A stretch of DNA of 56,319 bases, counting the filler, from Platydemus manokwari (lineage: Eukaryota): the NCBI GenBank assembly GCA_037951405.1. It is 5 parts of 5 records of this genome, joined end to end, with 100 filler letters (N's around TTAATTAATTAA, not from the genome) between each part and the next. Parts side by side here need not be neighbours in the genome. Positions count along the whole stretch, not along the records: positions 1 to 9,737 come from JBBMOY011211989.1; positions 9,838 to 22,073 come from JBBMOY010152232.1; 3 more parts are not named here. One strand, given 5' to 3'. A program made the translations under genes and the position numbers. Of this stretch, positions 1-14,200 are shown in pieces. Within the stretch, counting starts at the first letter, position 1, and each line of letters opens with the position of its first letter. A model generated the notes under the pieces. The model saw only the letters and a list, made by a program, of their open reading frames with translations, did not search any database and was not told the DNA's origin.

Positions 1-2169
1 TTTTAATTCTTTAACATGCAAATCCCTTAATATCTCCAAACAAGAAATATATGACTTATACCACTTTCATAATCAAGTACACAATTACTTTTCGTAATTT
101 CCATGGGTTTTTGTTAAGGATTATACCTCTGTATTATCATCTGACATATTTGTGTGCATTGCTTAATATTTCCCCCCCTTAAAAATAAGCAAATATCCAG
201 CATAAATATTTTTATTAACCATTATCAAAAATGATACAAATTCTGAGTTTACCAAATATCAGTCACAAAAAATGGAATGAGTGAACTCGAGAATAACAGT
301 TGATTCGTCAATGTATTTTGTTATCTATTTTAGAATACATAAATACCAACATGATTACCAAAATTAACTCCAATGTATTCCTCAGATTTGACCAACGATA
401 ATTTTACTTCCAAAATCCTTTAATCTCGATCAACGGTCAACATGCTGGATAATTCCCCCCCCCAAAAAATATTCGTTTAATTCGCTCATAGATCAATGCT
501 CTTCAAAAGCTATCCCACAAATTCCATATCAATTCATCCAAATGACATGAATGCTGCTATGCTCGTTCAACATATGTTGCCTGTCAATTCACTTAAATTC
601 TCCTCACAGTTCGTCCAAATGTTGAAGATTCTCATTATTGGTTTCATGGCTATTACAAATATTTACCACGTATTTCCTTGTATTCTTCGTTTATTTCAAA
701 TCTGTGGGCTCAATATTTACGTCTATTATTCCATGGATTTATTATAATTCTCCCAGAATATTGAGAAGATTCGATTCCAAACTAAATCAGATTCCAAAGT
801 CATTCTGTATCGATTTCTGATCGAATTGACCAAAGTGATCGTTTAAGTTAGGATTTAAATTTTATCCAACACATTACCTGTTTATTACAAAATCTATTTA
901 GGGGACCTTTTCGGTTTCCGTTGGAATTGAGAGTCTGGTTAGTGATGGGTTGAGTGTGGCATCCGAGTCAATCTCCTAACAGAGCACTTTCCAAAAAGAT
1001 ATTTCAAAACCTTTATCGATTATGGATTCATTTCACAACGAGATAAATAAAGGTGTTATCAGCTCAATAACACGTTTAACTTTATCAGACAAATTCATAG
1101 AAATATCTCTTTACCTTCCCAATGCATTGGAGAATTCACAGTTTAACTTTTCGACAACCCACAGTATTTACGCTTGAAATAACCACGCCTCAATGGTTTA
1201 TGTCACTATGGATTCTCTGTTAACGTGACCTGTTATCTTTTATACTACTGTTCAACTGTGGTTTGTGAGAGGTGCTTAGAAAAGGACTCGAACCGATATT
1301 ATATGCTCTAATATGGAAAATGATGATGTTAGCATTGTTGTGCAATAAATGACGTACACGATTTAAAATTATCCATCGATACTGGCACAATTTACAGTTG
1401 ATTTCATGTAAAACTTTAGTAGAAGTTAGAAGTGTGAATTGTCTTGAAATCTATTACAGTAATCTGTGAATGGAGACAGTTGGAAAAGTCGTAGAAATTG
1501 TTCTTAATGTCCTTCGAATAATTGACTGACTAAAATCGATTATATTTCTGATTAGGAAAAATATCATTTGGATTTAGGATTTCATCTGCATTTAATTTCA
1601 CGGTCACGTTAATCATGTTCCCATAAATATAGAAACCTCAATTCAAAATTTATTTTATTTTAAATAAATAAACTACTTATAAATGTCAATAGATAATTTT
1701 TTGAAATCTATTTTTAATAATTTTTATCATAATTTTTCTGAGATAAAACCTTTCTAAAAATTTTTTGCAGTGTAGTTATCAAGTCGACTTCAATCAATAA
1801 GAAAAAATCAATAATAAAAAATTATAATTGGAATTTTCTTTAACGATAATTATGTTTTGAGAATTTTTTTTGTCATGATATAAGTGGCCATTGTTTCGGA
1901 TTGATTATAAATTTTCTACTCGAAAAGGCCTTAGATACAATAAGATAATGATTACGATCTTTTCAATATTTACTCTTCATCGATGGTTCTTCAATAATTT
2001 AAAACAATAATCAACTAATTATTATTGTTATGTAATAAACTACCCTCATCATATACCGACACAAACATCATATAAATACTCATCAATTAATATTATAAAG
2101 AAAATTTGTTATCTAACCACATCAAATATAAATTCAATCACTCTCAAATTGTAAGAATTATCTTTATGA

Positions 2170-2285
2170 ATTGGCTAGTTTTCATCAAACGAATGAAAAT
2201 GACGGAATATAGCGCCTCGAATCTGATTGGTTGTTGAAAATCATTGTTAAGCCAATGAACTTTAATATCGATAATTATATAAAAA
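2170..2285 (+). promoter_or_regulatory. Probable proximal promoter of the homeobox gene (CCAAT boxes and TATA)
   Basis: ATTGG at 2170-2174 and 2226-2230, CCAAT at 2252-2256 and TATATAAAAA at 2276-2285, about 60-180 bp upstream of the ATG at 2348. Confidence 0.45.
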
Positions 2286-2347
2286 TGATTTTATAAGGTC
2301 ATTATTTTTAATTAATTGGCATTTTTTTCTCTGTCTAGTGATAAAAA

Positions 2348-3169
2348 ATGGCGGCTGGAAAATCGTTTCATATTGATAGTTTAAAATTGGATTCATATCA
2401 TGTGGAAATGAAAACCGAATCGTCATATATCGATGATTTCACTATCGATAATGAAAGGATCGACGAACAGATCCATCTCAATCACAACCACAATTCCGAT
2501 ACCAGCCATGATTATGATGCCATCGATGGTACGAGCAACAACAGTGACACCACCAAGCAAGTCAAATCGCGTAGATCGCGCACAACATTTACCGGAAGCC
2601 AAATCCAAAAACTGGAACGAGCATTCAGCAAGTGTCAATATCCTGACGTCAATACACGTGAAGAATTGGCAACGATTTTGGATCTCAGTGAAGCTCGAGT
2701 TCAAGTGAGTCCAACCCCATTCTATTATTGTTTGCTTATCTGGGATTTCTTTTCCTCCCATATTCAGGTTTGGTTTCAAAATCGACGAGCCAAATGGCGA
2801 AAACACGAGAACAAATTTTCAACATCAACCCAAAACATTGCCGAACGTTTGTTGGGATTTAACAATCACATTTTCTACCCAACCCTTCAACCATCATTCA
2901 TGATGCCGGGCCAGAATTTCATTCACAACATCAACATTTCCGATGCCATCACGAATCTCGCCAACAAATCATCATCGACAATTCATTCCAATCTCATTCC
3001 ACCGATTGCTGCCGGTTTGAGAATGAATTCCAATCCCATTCCATTATTCAACGACATTCCTCACAGTCAACTTCTGTCGTTATTCTCCTCTCTCCATCAT
3101 CATCATCATCATCACCATCACACAGCTACAAGTAATTTATATCCAATAATTCGATTCATTATTCTCTAA
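2348..3169 (+). CDS. hbn: PRD-class Q50 homeobox gene, homeobrain-like; exons 2348-2704 and 2768-3169, 252 aa spliced
   Basis: Removing a 63-nt GT-AG intron (2705 gtgagt ... ttcag 2767) restores the homeodomain [46 protein letters not shown]|[14 protein letters not shown]. The intron is at the typical PRD-class position (VQ/VWF). [13 protein letters not shown] and LDLSEARVQ match Homeobrain as I recall it better than Arx or Rax. There is an N-terminal eh1/octapeptide-like SFHIDSL, a poly-His tract near the C-terminus, and AATAAA at 3209-3214. The homeobox call is secure; the hbn orthology needs a phylogeny. Confidence 0.85.
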   Translation: MAAGKSFHIDSLKLDSYHVEMKTESSYIDDFTIDNERIDEQIHLNHNHNSDTSHDYDAIDGTSNNSDTTKQVKSRRSRTTFTGSQIQKLERAFSKCQYPDVNTREELATILDLSEARVQVSPTPFYYCLLIWDFFSSHIQVWFQNRRAKWRKHENKFSTSTQNIAERLLGFNNHIFYPTLQPSFMMPGQNFIHNINISDAITNLANKSSSTIHSNLIPPIAAGLRMNSNPIPLFNDIPHSQLLSLFSSLHHHHHHHHHTATSNLYPIIRFIIL

Positions 3170-3825
3170 AATTATCTAAAATTCAATATTTCTGTACATT
3201 CTCTACCCAATAAAACTAATAATTAAACTATTAGATTGTCTGACAAACAGTCAGAATCGTTGAACATATCAGTTAACTATGGAGTTAATTGGTCAATATC
3301 CATTTTCATTGACAACAGCCCCAGTTGAGCCCTAATTTAATATTTTTTGTTGATAGTAAGATTGAGATGTTGTGGTCTGCTGATTGAGTGTATTGATCGA
3401 ATAATTGAGTTGATGTGGCTAATAATCTCAGATCAAGTCGAGTTAATGAGATGTTTGGGGGATACTTGAAAAAATATGGAGTACACGATTTTGATTTTTA
3501 ATATGCTGATTAATTCGTGAGGGTTTTTTGTTGTCGATTTGAGGATTTATTTTTTTTTAATTTTAAATTTCATCTCATATCCGATTATAAAATCCTTCTC
3601 TCTCGACAATTCCATAACAAAACATCTCCCAATATGGATATATTTATATTCCAAAGATTTATTAAAATATCCTCGTCAATGTTATCAAAAATATTTGTTC
3701 GATATTTGATGATGATTATCATCAATACTTGATACAATACTTTGATATTGTTATAAAAATGAACTCAGTAGAGCGAATCAATGGATCATGAATAAGACAT
3801 CAATTCTTCATATCAGAATCTTTGA

Positions 3826-3861
<36 letters not shown>
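3826..3861. repeat. (TTA)n microsatellite
   Basis: Uninterrupted attattatt... run. Confidence 0.9.
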
Positions 3862-4055
3862 GAAACAGTTTAATTTATTGCTAATATTTCCCCAAATAAT
3901 TATTGAATTAAATAAATACTAAACAAATTCCTCATTTAAAGGAAATTCTCTCGAGATTAATCGTTTTCACAGCATCCTTGTTATATTAGTTTATTTACAA
4001 AAGATAAACAAAATTATTATTCATGTAAACACAAGAACAAATAATACATTCCAAT

Positions 4056-5790
4056 TTATTTCATTTTATTTTTACAAATATAAGCAATATTTGTTTCGCT
4101 GCACTGTCTGAGTTGCCATTTTGGAAAGAGCGGATGTTTGGACACACACTTGAAATAGTGATAGCTTGGAATCTTGTTCCGCCAGAAACTAAGTGTATAA
4201 ATATCAATAAATAATTAAATCTAATGTATACACTCGATAATCAATACAGTTTAAATAAAAATATAAAATATTTCATTAATATTATGATAATAGTAATAAT
4301 AGTATTATTAATATGTTTGAGTTCTTGACGATCCCTACTCGGTTTTAATTATCTGACATCTATTTATGCGCTTCAAACTGAATAAGAAATATATTTTTAT
4401 TCATTCACAATACCAACACACGTGATGAACTACTATTCGAGTTATTTAACAGCCACTAATAGTATTTAAAATCCGAATCACTGCCGATACTGATTAATGC
4501 AAAGGCGAAATGTTTTTTTCCACGGACTTTAGCTTTTTATACAGATTGCAAAAGTTTATAATTGATTCCGAAAGTGGCTTACTTTCATTCATAGCCCTCA
4601 AAACAATATTCGTTGGAAGAATCTCAGAGATTTAGAAAAACAAAATAATTCCACCACCACTTAATCAGTTCTTATGAATGTTTTATTAATTTGTCAAAAT
4701 CTAAACTCTTAAATAAACTGATGTTGAATTGATTTCACTTGGATACTTGAGCCAGTTCAGAATAATGATTATTTATGCCAGTGTAACTATGATTTAACAA
4801 GCCATATTTCAAATTTTCACAATAAAAATAATTTTTTTCTTGAACGCCTACCTGAATTATCTATTTTATATTTTATATTAAGTCCGCCTTTCTTTTAAAT
4901 CTATGATTTGATTTGTATTCTTAATCGTCTCTAAATATTTATCCACTTAAGAATCTCTAACTCTTCTATCTTCATTATATCCTTTTTGTTTCTCCTTCAA
5001 ATACCATCTATAGCTTCTTCAAATCTATTATATTTCTTCTCTACATATTTTTAATATCTTCTTCTTTCTCTTCTATGATTTTCATTGATCTTCTCAGGAT
5101 CGAATTTAGATGCTTGATCGCCATGTAAGTGGCTATTGTGTTATTAGACAGGCATTGAAAACGAACTGAAAATCACGACATCAAATTACATACTTAAATA
5201 TAATTATATAAACAAATTAATAATAATTTTATATAAAATATGAATTAAATCTTTGGAAATTCGATTTATTTAAAGATTCTCACAGTGAATGCTCATTTGG
5301 ATTCAATCCTGGGATTATAGGTAACAGAAAGAAGATACAGCAGATATAGGTAAGATGAAAGATATCGAAAATATTGATATATAAGAGAATTCGATATAAG
5401 GTGTGAGGATTCTTATAAATCACTTATAAATCATTAAAAATACCTTTCAATAATCTGTTTGGATATTTTGATCGAATATACTTTTATGGGTTGACTTTCT
5501 TAGATTCATTTTCAATTCCAACCTTAATGGAATAAGAGCAGCTAACATTCATCGATTTTAAAAAAGGAAATTTATTTCCTTAATAGAAAATTTTATTAGC
5601 TTATCTTTTACTTGAAACTGGAGCTAAGCCAAAATTTAAATCATCACGACATCGTAAATTTATATTACTGTAGCTAAATGTTTTTAATATTTTATAATAA
5701 TAATACATAAATTTTATTGGCTCTCTAAAGCGGAAATGGTGGACCGAACAACAATAACCATCACCGGAATATCCACTATCAATTGCCTTG
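4056..5790 (-). pseudogene. C-type lectin domain gene, probably decayed; the terminal exon 4188-4056 is intact
   Basis: The minus-strand exon after a cttag acceptor reads FWRNKIPSYHYFKCVSKHPLFPKWQLRQCSETNIAYICKNKMK*, matching the CTLD C-terminal pattern W..P..C..W..C..YICK. Upstream CTLD-like fragments: ALISIGSDSDFKYY*WLLNN (4500-4441, in-frame stop), NESKPLSESIINFC (about 4590-4548, different frame), KNYFYCEN (about 4840-4812) and GYSGDGYCCSVHHF...CRDDLNFGLAPVS (about 5775-5612). The upstream exon structure is unresolved. Confidence 0.5.
4950..5285 (+). repeat. Interspersed repeat family A (about 400-bp unit), copy 1
   Basis: Shares 'aatctctaactcttctatctt...cattgatcttc...ccatgtaagt...aatcacgacatcaaatta...aaacaaatt...aaatcttt...attctcaca' with 7680-8215 and, in reverse, with about 16030-16450 and 36480-36550. 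Boundaries are approximate. Confidence 0.75.
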
Positions 5791-7679
5791 TTAATATAAT
5801 AAGTTGTTGAATCAGTACTTTCTGTAAATGATACTGCTGTATTTTAATTCCTAGAAATTCTGCTAATGTATATCCAAATCGATAATTATTTTATTTTTAC
5901 ACTTTGCTGTTTGATACTTCACTATTAAAGTAAAAATTTCGAAAAAGATACATTGGTCCATTTATACCCTGGGTATATTTAAAAGGAAATAGAGAATGAT
6001 ATGATAGACATTTGTACATGGTAGATGTCGTTTCTAAGAGACTGTCAGTATCCAGGGTTTAGTGATTCAGAATTACTACGTGGTATTTTCGGGTTTGATC
6101 TAGCAGGTATTCTATTTGTTGTGGATAACACCGTCTTCTACTATCTCACTAGAAGATTTCTCTACAATGTCAGAATACTAATAATATTTCGATGATAAAT
6201 TCCTTTTATCGAATGAATGAAAAAACAAAAATCTTAAAGTAAAAGATAAAAAAAACTAAAAATAATCTTAAAAAGAAAATTTCAGTAGAAATTCTCCCCA
6301 ACGAAATAATCATCATAATGAAAGGTAAATTGAGTCTGAAACTCCTTTAATATGTCATCGACAAAAAAGATCTATCACGATAATGTAAGATATTGATTTT
6401 GTTCTACTCTTATCAATATGAAGAATGATTGATATTGTGTCCCCAAATTTTTTTAAGTAATTCAATAAACACAAGACCTATTTTTATAACATGAACTCTT
6501 TTCGACATACCTGTACAGTGTTTATTATCAGCAACGTTTATGATCACTTGTCAAATCGATAACATTAACGATTAATGTGTTTATTGATTATTATTTTACA
6601 TTATTATTTTACAAAGCTAGCATTGAAAATCACTGAAAAGTCACAACACAAAATTATATATTTAACTCCATTCATTTAAACAAATTAATCAATTTTGACA
6701 TCCATTTTTAAAACCTATTAAATTCACATTTTGAAATCGCCACAGCTTCACTTATTAGCATATAATACTTTAAATAACGAAATATCCCCATCTAAGATAA
6801 AATGGTAAGCTTTATAACTTTCTATAAATTATAACTATTTTTATCCTCAATAATCAATGCTAATAGTTTGATAGTGAATTAATTTATTAAGTAAATATCG
6901 ATTATCAATAAATAGCTATCAAAAATGAAATTTTAAATAGCTGCACTGAAATATCAATGTCTAAGAATAGTTTATGAGATATTTAAATAATATTTCAACA
7001 ATTTTCCGTACAATTGTTCTAGATTTGAAGAAAAATGGAAAATAATTCGTACCTTTATATCATTCAATTAGATCCATAAATTAATATGAATTATTGATTA
7101 TCTCTTTAATTAGGAAAGTTATCATTGAACTTACCTAACTGTCGTCGAAATAAATGGGTTTTCTTTTCGATTTTAATAAGGATTTAAAATATCGATCTAT
7201 TAAGCTGCAATAATTAGGCGTTAAATATATGATAAATAATTCGTGAAACTTAATTAGGATTATTGAAAATGAAAGAACATTTTTTCTATTTTATACATTA
7301 GTTTGAGTTGTAGAAATTGTCTAAGAATAATTCTGTTTGGTTCACAATGGCTTTAAATATTAATTTAAACTGTACGAATTTTTTTTCAAACTTTTAAAAT
7401 TCAATTCACGGATCAGAATAGGCAACCCCACTCTCTATTCGAGCGAAGGGCATAGAAAACACACACAGATCATACCTAAATTGATAAATTATGAGATGAA
7501 ACACCATGAATTTAAATTAGGTTTTAATCGATAAATTAGTTTCTGCGAAAGAAATTCGAGTCTCACTCATATTCCAATTTTAGAATTTCTTTTGAATAAA
7601 TGAATCTTGGATTTTTCGAGAAGATTTCCGAAATTATAACTATTGTGAGTTTCTACTGTTAAATAAACCACCCAATGAA

Positions 7680-8215
7680 AATGAACTGATAAATCACGAC
7701 ATCAAATTATATCTTTAAATGCAATAATATAAACAAATTAATATAAATTTATATAAAATTTGAATAAAATCTTTCAAAGTTTAATTTAATTAAAAATTTC
7801 CGCATATCCTTCTCTTAAAAATCTTTGATTTTCTTTGAATCCTACATTGACATTGCAGAGAATACACTACATATTTATCTACATACAAATCTCTAACTCT
7901 TCTATCTTGTGTATATCTTCTTATATATTCTGTATATCTTCTTATATATTCTGTATATCTTCTCTACATCTTCTTTATATATTCTCTAGATATTCTAAAT
8001 ATCTTCTTTCTCTTTTCCATAATTTTAAGTCATTGATCTTCTTAGAATCGAATCCAGATGTGTAATGACCATGTAAGTATCCATTGAAAGCGAACTAAAT
8101 AATCGCGACATCAAATTATAAATTTAAATGCAATAATATAAACAAATTTATATAATTTTATATAAAATGTGAATTAAATCTTTGAAAATGCAATTCATTT
8201 AAAAATTCTCACAAC
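7680..8215 (+). repeat. Repeat family A, partial tandem of the unit
   Basis: The aatc(a/g)cgacatcaaattata motif recurs at about 7692 and 8101 (period about 410 bp). An internal 20-bp tandem 'tatatcttcttatatattctg' explains ORF 7835..8065. Confidence 0.75.
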
Positions 8216-9737
8216 TATAATCATGCATAAGATTAAAACAAAAAACAAAACGGAAATTTTAATTTTTCCAACAAACCAATAGTGTTTTTAAGTAGATATT
8301 TTCGAAAATATTTTCAAGACATTTTTCAAGTTGACCAAAAGAGTATATAATGAGGTTTTAATAAATTTTTCCAAAGAAAATTCTCAAGAAAACACTTGAA
8401 ACAAACATCGACTAACGGAGCCAAATAGCAATTTAATAAGCTGTTGAATAATATTAAATATTAACCTCTTCTATTCTCGGCGAGGGATTATTTAATGAAA
8501 TCTCGAATTTTTGTTGTTTTCCGTAAAACTGAAAGCGCTGATAAAACACAATTCTCATTTGGCTTATATTCACTTTGGACTGCGACTGTTGTGAAACAAT
8601 AAATTGAGGAATTTTGTTAAAATGATGATCTACAAGTGCGGAGTCAGATAATTATATTTTTACAAGTGATACATATGACCTAGCAACATATGTTTTCCAA
8701 AATAAGGACTCCAACATAGACAGAATTTGAATGGTAAATTTTAATTGTTTTTGTTTTAATTAATCGGTATGCATTATGAAATTACTACCTAGGAGTCATA
8801 AAATTAATGATAGAAAGAATAAACCCAAAATTAACTCCCATTTATGGGTTTGATCATTTTCGGTCATATAAAAGTTTATTGGGCCAAATTGTGAGTCTCA
8901 ATCATGATGGGAAACGAAAATTTTGTGGTTGGAAAATAATTAGAGAATACATCGATTGACTGACATGAAGTCATTTTTTAATATAAAAATTTGAATATCG
9001 CGATGGAAAACCATTACTGGTTTAAATTCAGTGTGGAGTGATTTGAAAGACGAGCAAAGCCATTTACACTTCCACTGGGCACAGATTGTATTTCATTGTC
9101 TATTTTACCTCAACTTCTCATTGGTAAAATATTATTTCTTACCGAGATATTCTCACCTCAAAAAGATTTTGTTTACAAAATATTTCATAATAAAATTTTT
9201 GTTTTAATTTTCGTTTATTATTTCTATAATTACTAACAAAATTAATTTATGATGAAAAAACAATGAAAATTAGTTCTTCAATATCAATACAGTGTTTCGA
9301 TTTTTTCCTTATTCATTCATATTTTTAGTTATGTAGTTGGTATTTTGAAATTTATTGATTTTTATAAAACTTGAGAAGACAATAAATCGATAACACCATT
9401 GAATCAATTGAGATAGTATTGATAAACTAAGAAAATAAATGGACGATTCAGTTAAACAATAAAGTTTCCATTCATATATTTCTATTGAGTTATTATAAAA
9501 TTTATCATTTCCATTATTTATTCATTCCGCCATTTTAAAATATTTACAACACATGGTTTGTGTAGATTTGATTGCTAGCGCTATAAGCAAGACTGGATAG
9601 AGCAAATCAATTAGAAAAATCAATAAAGGTAACTAACTATCTTATAATTCGTAATCTTTTATAATTATTAGGTGTATTAGTATGATTCCGGCTTTTACAA
9701 AAATGAGTTAAAATTTGTATTTCAATGAATAAATTTA

Positions 9738-9837
9738 NNNNNNNNNNNNNNNNNNNNNNNNNNNNNNNNNNNNNNNNNNNNTTAATTAATTAANNNNNNN
9801 NNNNNNNNNNNNNNNNNNNNNNNNNNNNNNNNNNNNN
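9738..9837. other. Artificial contig-joining spacer
   Basis: 44 N + TTAATTAATTAA (stop codons in all six frames) + 44 N = 100 bp; identical to the three other spacers. Confidence 0.95.
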
Positions 9838-10859
9838 ATAATAAAAAATATATATTCAAAATCACAGTTTTGTTCAACATATGGCACATCATATATTTTT
9901 ATCAGATGATTAACATTTGGCATTCGCGAATATTGTCAATTAATTAGAGTTAAACACATCTTCAAATTATTTCGACATTGTATCAATAATCAACTAAAAA
10001 TTTAATCAACTCCGAAACAAAGTTGTTGATAAAATCCTATAATATGTCGAAAACAAATAATAAATTTTCTATAAAAATATTCTAAAGTCAAAATAAACCA
10101 TAATAATTCAAAGTTGTACAAGATTTATAATCCACAGTAACTTTCTAAAATGTTGATTAATAGTAACAATAGCATACTATTCAAGTAAGTAATGGTTCAA
10201 AAGATTTAACTTTTAATATTTGATAACAACTACTGACAAGAATACCAGACATACGAACTCATTACCAACGAGATTAATGGCTCGAAGCGTTTTAAAAAAT
10301 TGACGTCAAAGGATTAATTAAAAAGCGACATATATATTGTGATGCATTAAACATGCCAAATCGAACGAACTAGATAGTGATCCAAGTATTATTAGATGAA
10401 TATTGGATGCAAGTTAAGAATGCGATATCGGTCGGAACACTAAAGAAATTTACTAAAAAAGTCTTTGTCTAAAGCATATCACACATTATTTGAAAAATAA
10501 TTTGGCTTGGATGTCAAAATTTTTGAAGTGTTAACACCGTCGAGACATGTCTTATAAAGACATAAACATAGCAGTGAGATATAATTTAACAAAATATTTC
10601 AGATCAGTACATTTATGAGAATGATTAAAAAAAATTAAAACTTTCCACTGAAATCGAAAATTTATTGGTGAAAGTTAAAAAAGGGTCCTAAAATAAAATT
10701 TTTAATTTGATGAGTGTATTGCAAAATTATATATAGTTTATTAAATTATATTCTGTAAGAACATTTTCAATTTTTATTTAAGGACTTAAGAGGAATTTTA
10801 GTTGTTTGAAATCAAGTATTAAATAGACTAAAGCTTAAAAATATCCTAAACTTTGATAA

Positions 10860-11245
10860 TTCGAAAAAATGAAAAAAATAGTTCGAATTGCAATGTATTG
10901 AAAATTAGCGAGGACCCCTTTTTAATATTAGAATTAAATTATGAGATATTCTCAATTTTTACAATTATTTGATAAAAATAAACAATGACATTATTAAACA
11001 TGTCTGTAATTAACTAACTCGATTTTTAATTATAAAAATTTAAATTTAAAAACTCAAATAATCATATAAAAGTGTTGTGATTAGAATCAGAATTTGGTTT
11101 GGACATCTTAACAAATGAGATATTAAATTATACAAATAAATCAAACATACCAGTTATGTATAAATTAAGTTATAAAATTATGCGCGAAAATTCATTACAA
11201 CGAAAGTAGGTCAAAGGACCCCTGTTCTTAACTTAAGCCAATTTA
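10860..11245 (+). repeat. Interspersed repeat family B
   Basis: 'gcgcgaaaattcatta...gaaagtaggtcaaaggacc...ttcttaacttaagccaa' and upstream sequence match the reverse complement of 36556-36964. A shorter copy lies at about 45675-45740. Confidence 0.75.
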
Positions 11246-14200
11246 CTTATTGATTTTACAATAATATTCTGTATGATTATGAAGCAACATTAATTGATTC
11301 GACAACCAAATTTGTCGATATGGTTAATTAATATTTTTTTATTGATTAACTGTAACTTAAACATTTTTCTTAATGCGTCATGACTTTCGATGTTCGAAAC
11401 ATCGTGTATATATTTGAAAACAACTTGATATCAATAGAAATTGAAAATATTTTACAGGGATATTATATTGGAATATATATTTGTTTCGTTTCTTCACAAA
11501 TTGATTTTTGAAAAAAATATTTCTCAAAAGTAGAATAAATACTAAAAAAAGAAAATGCTAAATTAAATTGATTTTCAAAACTTTAATCGCTGTACAAAAA
11601 ATTTCATTCCAATACAACGTCAGTAAAACATTCTTAGTTTCTGTCGATGTCACGTGATATTCATCAGGTAATGAAATGACAAGGACATTAAGAAGCACAT
11701 CTTTGGAAAATATCCATTAACTCAATCGATAAATTTTGTGTTGAATCAATTAAATTGTTAAAGAATAGTCTTTCATAATCTTTCAATGATATCAGCACCC
11801 GTATTGATAATTTATCAAGTCAACTTTATTCATTCACCCGCGACTTGAGTCATTAATATATTTTCCTTAAACACCACAAAAAATTCACAATAAAATCTTC
11901 ACAATAGACACAAATATATAAATATTTATTTGACATATAAAATATGCGAGGTCCGGTGGAAATGAACCCTCAGACCGATTTAATATGCATGATTTTTCTA
12001 AATAAAATTCTTGTCAGGAAGAGATTGCATCAACAATTCATATAACCTTATCAATTTATTTAATGGTAACCAAAACCAAAACAATATTTCGACCAACACC
12101 GTTGGATTGAAGAATATTAGAATCGTAATTGATAAAATGAAACCCATATCAACTGAATAGAATATGTACGATTATTATTACTTCACTAAATTTCCGATTC
12201 TCAAAAATCAACGATTAACAATTTTTCTGTTAGAAAAACAATTTCATGATAATTGCTTTCGGAGAAATAGGAAGCTAAAATATCCGATAAGTTCATTGAT
12301 ATCAACCGATATTGTATAATCTATACACTGATATTAACATTGGACGTCGTGATAAATTTGCAAGTATTATATATCGAAATTAGCTACAATCGCCAATATC
12401 TACACACTCAAATCCAAATCTACTCACAATTTCGATTTATCAATATTTTTCTCAATAAAACTATGAATCGCAAAAAAATAATTTATCGATTATATATACA
12501 TAGACTAATATATCGCTTTGAAACCAGACGAAACATTGTATTTTTATGTCATTATGTTTAATAAAAAATAAATCGAAAACATTTTTACCGTGAAATAAAT
12601 GACTTACCAAAAACGTGGAACAAAAATTGATTCGATTGAAACCAGAAAGATAAGAATATTTCGTATTTAATTGATAGACATCATGTATCCGGTAGAAATC
12701 ATTTATTAAAAAAATAATTTCGATACAATTACATATTGAATTACAATGGAAAAGTCCAGAAACAATATCCGCAACCGGGAAACAAAGTATAAAGCTGCTA
12801 AAAATGACTGCTCTGTGAATCACATACAATTACAGGACCACGAGCACCACGACTATTTTATAAGGCTGACACAATTCTTAAGCAAATTACTATCTATGGA
12901 GATAACACATGAAGACGACTTGATAACATGAAGCGTCCAATGTTGTGTCAATTCTTTACTTCAATATTCATAATGAATTAGATATTTGCACTTGCAACCG
13001 AAATAATAAATATTTGGTGAAATCGATGTTTTAATGTTCCTAAATGGTCTGAGGAACAATAAAAAATCCTAGAGATTATTGAGGTCGACTCATTAAACTG
13101 GCATTACAAAAAATGTATGGAGCTAACAATAAATTTATCAATCAAAAGTAATTGCCTAAGAAACACAGATAAATTTCCATATCAACAACCATTCATTTAC
13201 GTTTCAATGTAACCAAGATTAACGTTTAGAATCGTAAATAATGTTTATAAGATCTTGGAAAATAAATTAATGTAAACTAATGAATCTATGGCAAACTATG
13301 AATTCCCATTTTGTAAATAGGAGAGATAATAAATCTGCAAACATCCCCACTTGAAAAATCCAAATTCAATCCTAATAACACATTTTCACCTATAAAATCA
13401 TTTACATTACTATAGATAATTCCTTATTATTTACTCATGCTTTGGGAGATAAACATATATTATATTCAAAAGATAAATGTAAATGATATGATTTTGAAAT
13501 TATCGATCTTGCACCATATTTTTAAGATTGAAATATTGTCAATTCAAATTATTCAGACATCAAAAGTTTTGATTTCCACGATGTGTATTCTAATAAGCTG
13601 AATTATATTAAAATTGGAACCCTAAGAACAGAATATGATACATATAATCTAAAATACGGTGAATTGGACTAACAAGATTTAAACTCGTCCTCTGCAAAAG
13701 TTGTATTTAATATCAAAAGTATTCCCAAAATAAAAAATACGATTTTAGATTTGTAAAAATGATTTCTTATTAGTTTTAGAGCGTATTATTAGTTTTAACA
13801 TTGATTTCGTAGCTGTTTAGGTGAAAATAACCCAAACGTACTCGCAACATAAAAATAATTAAATCATAAAAGATATATAGCATAATTATACATCTGTAAT
13901 CATTATGTTTTCATTATATTAAAGCATAATTCAGAGATATTTAAATAATGTTATGCGTATTACAGCAATTTGCATAATCCATTCTAGTCGATTTTTATTT
14001 GTAGATGAGCCGGGATAGAATCGTTTGAACCTATGGCTATTTAAAACAGACAATTTAACAGAAAGAAATCTTCATAAATCCATTGAAATGAGATTCTTTA
14101 ATTAGGTAATAATGGCCTTATTAGATAGTAAGAGAGCAAGTTCTAAATCTCTTTACATTAATCTCTTATGCAGAGATCTTCGGGGAAAATTATTTTTGGA

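Noticed and set aside
496-820. Short ORFs; the minus strand has faint RT-like words (NLQHLDEL, EFVG)
   Set aside because: Too degenerate to call.
2423-2806. ORFs overlapping the homeobox gene
   Set aside because: Antisense or alternative-frame shadows.
9782-9793. TTAATTAATTAA as a regularly spaced biological repeat or homeodomain site
   Set aside because: Always embedded in 44-N flanks; it is an assembly spacer.
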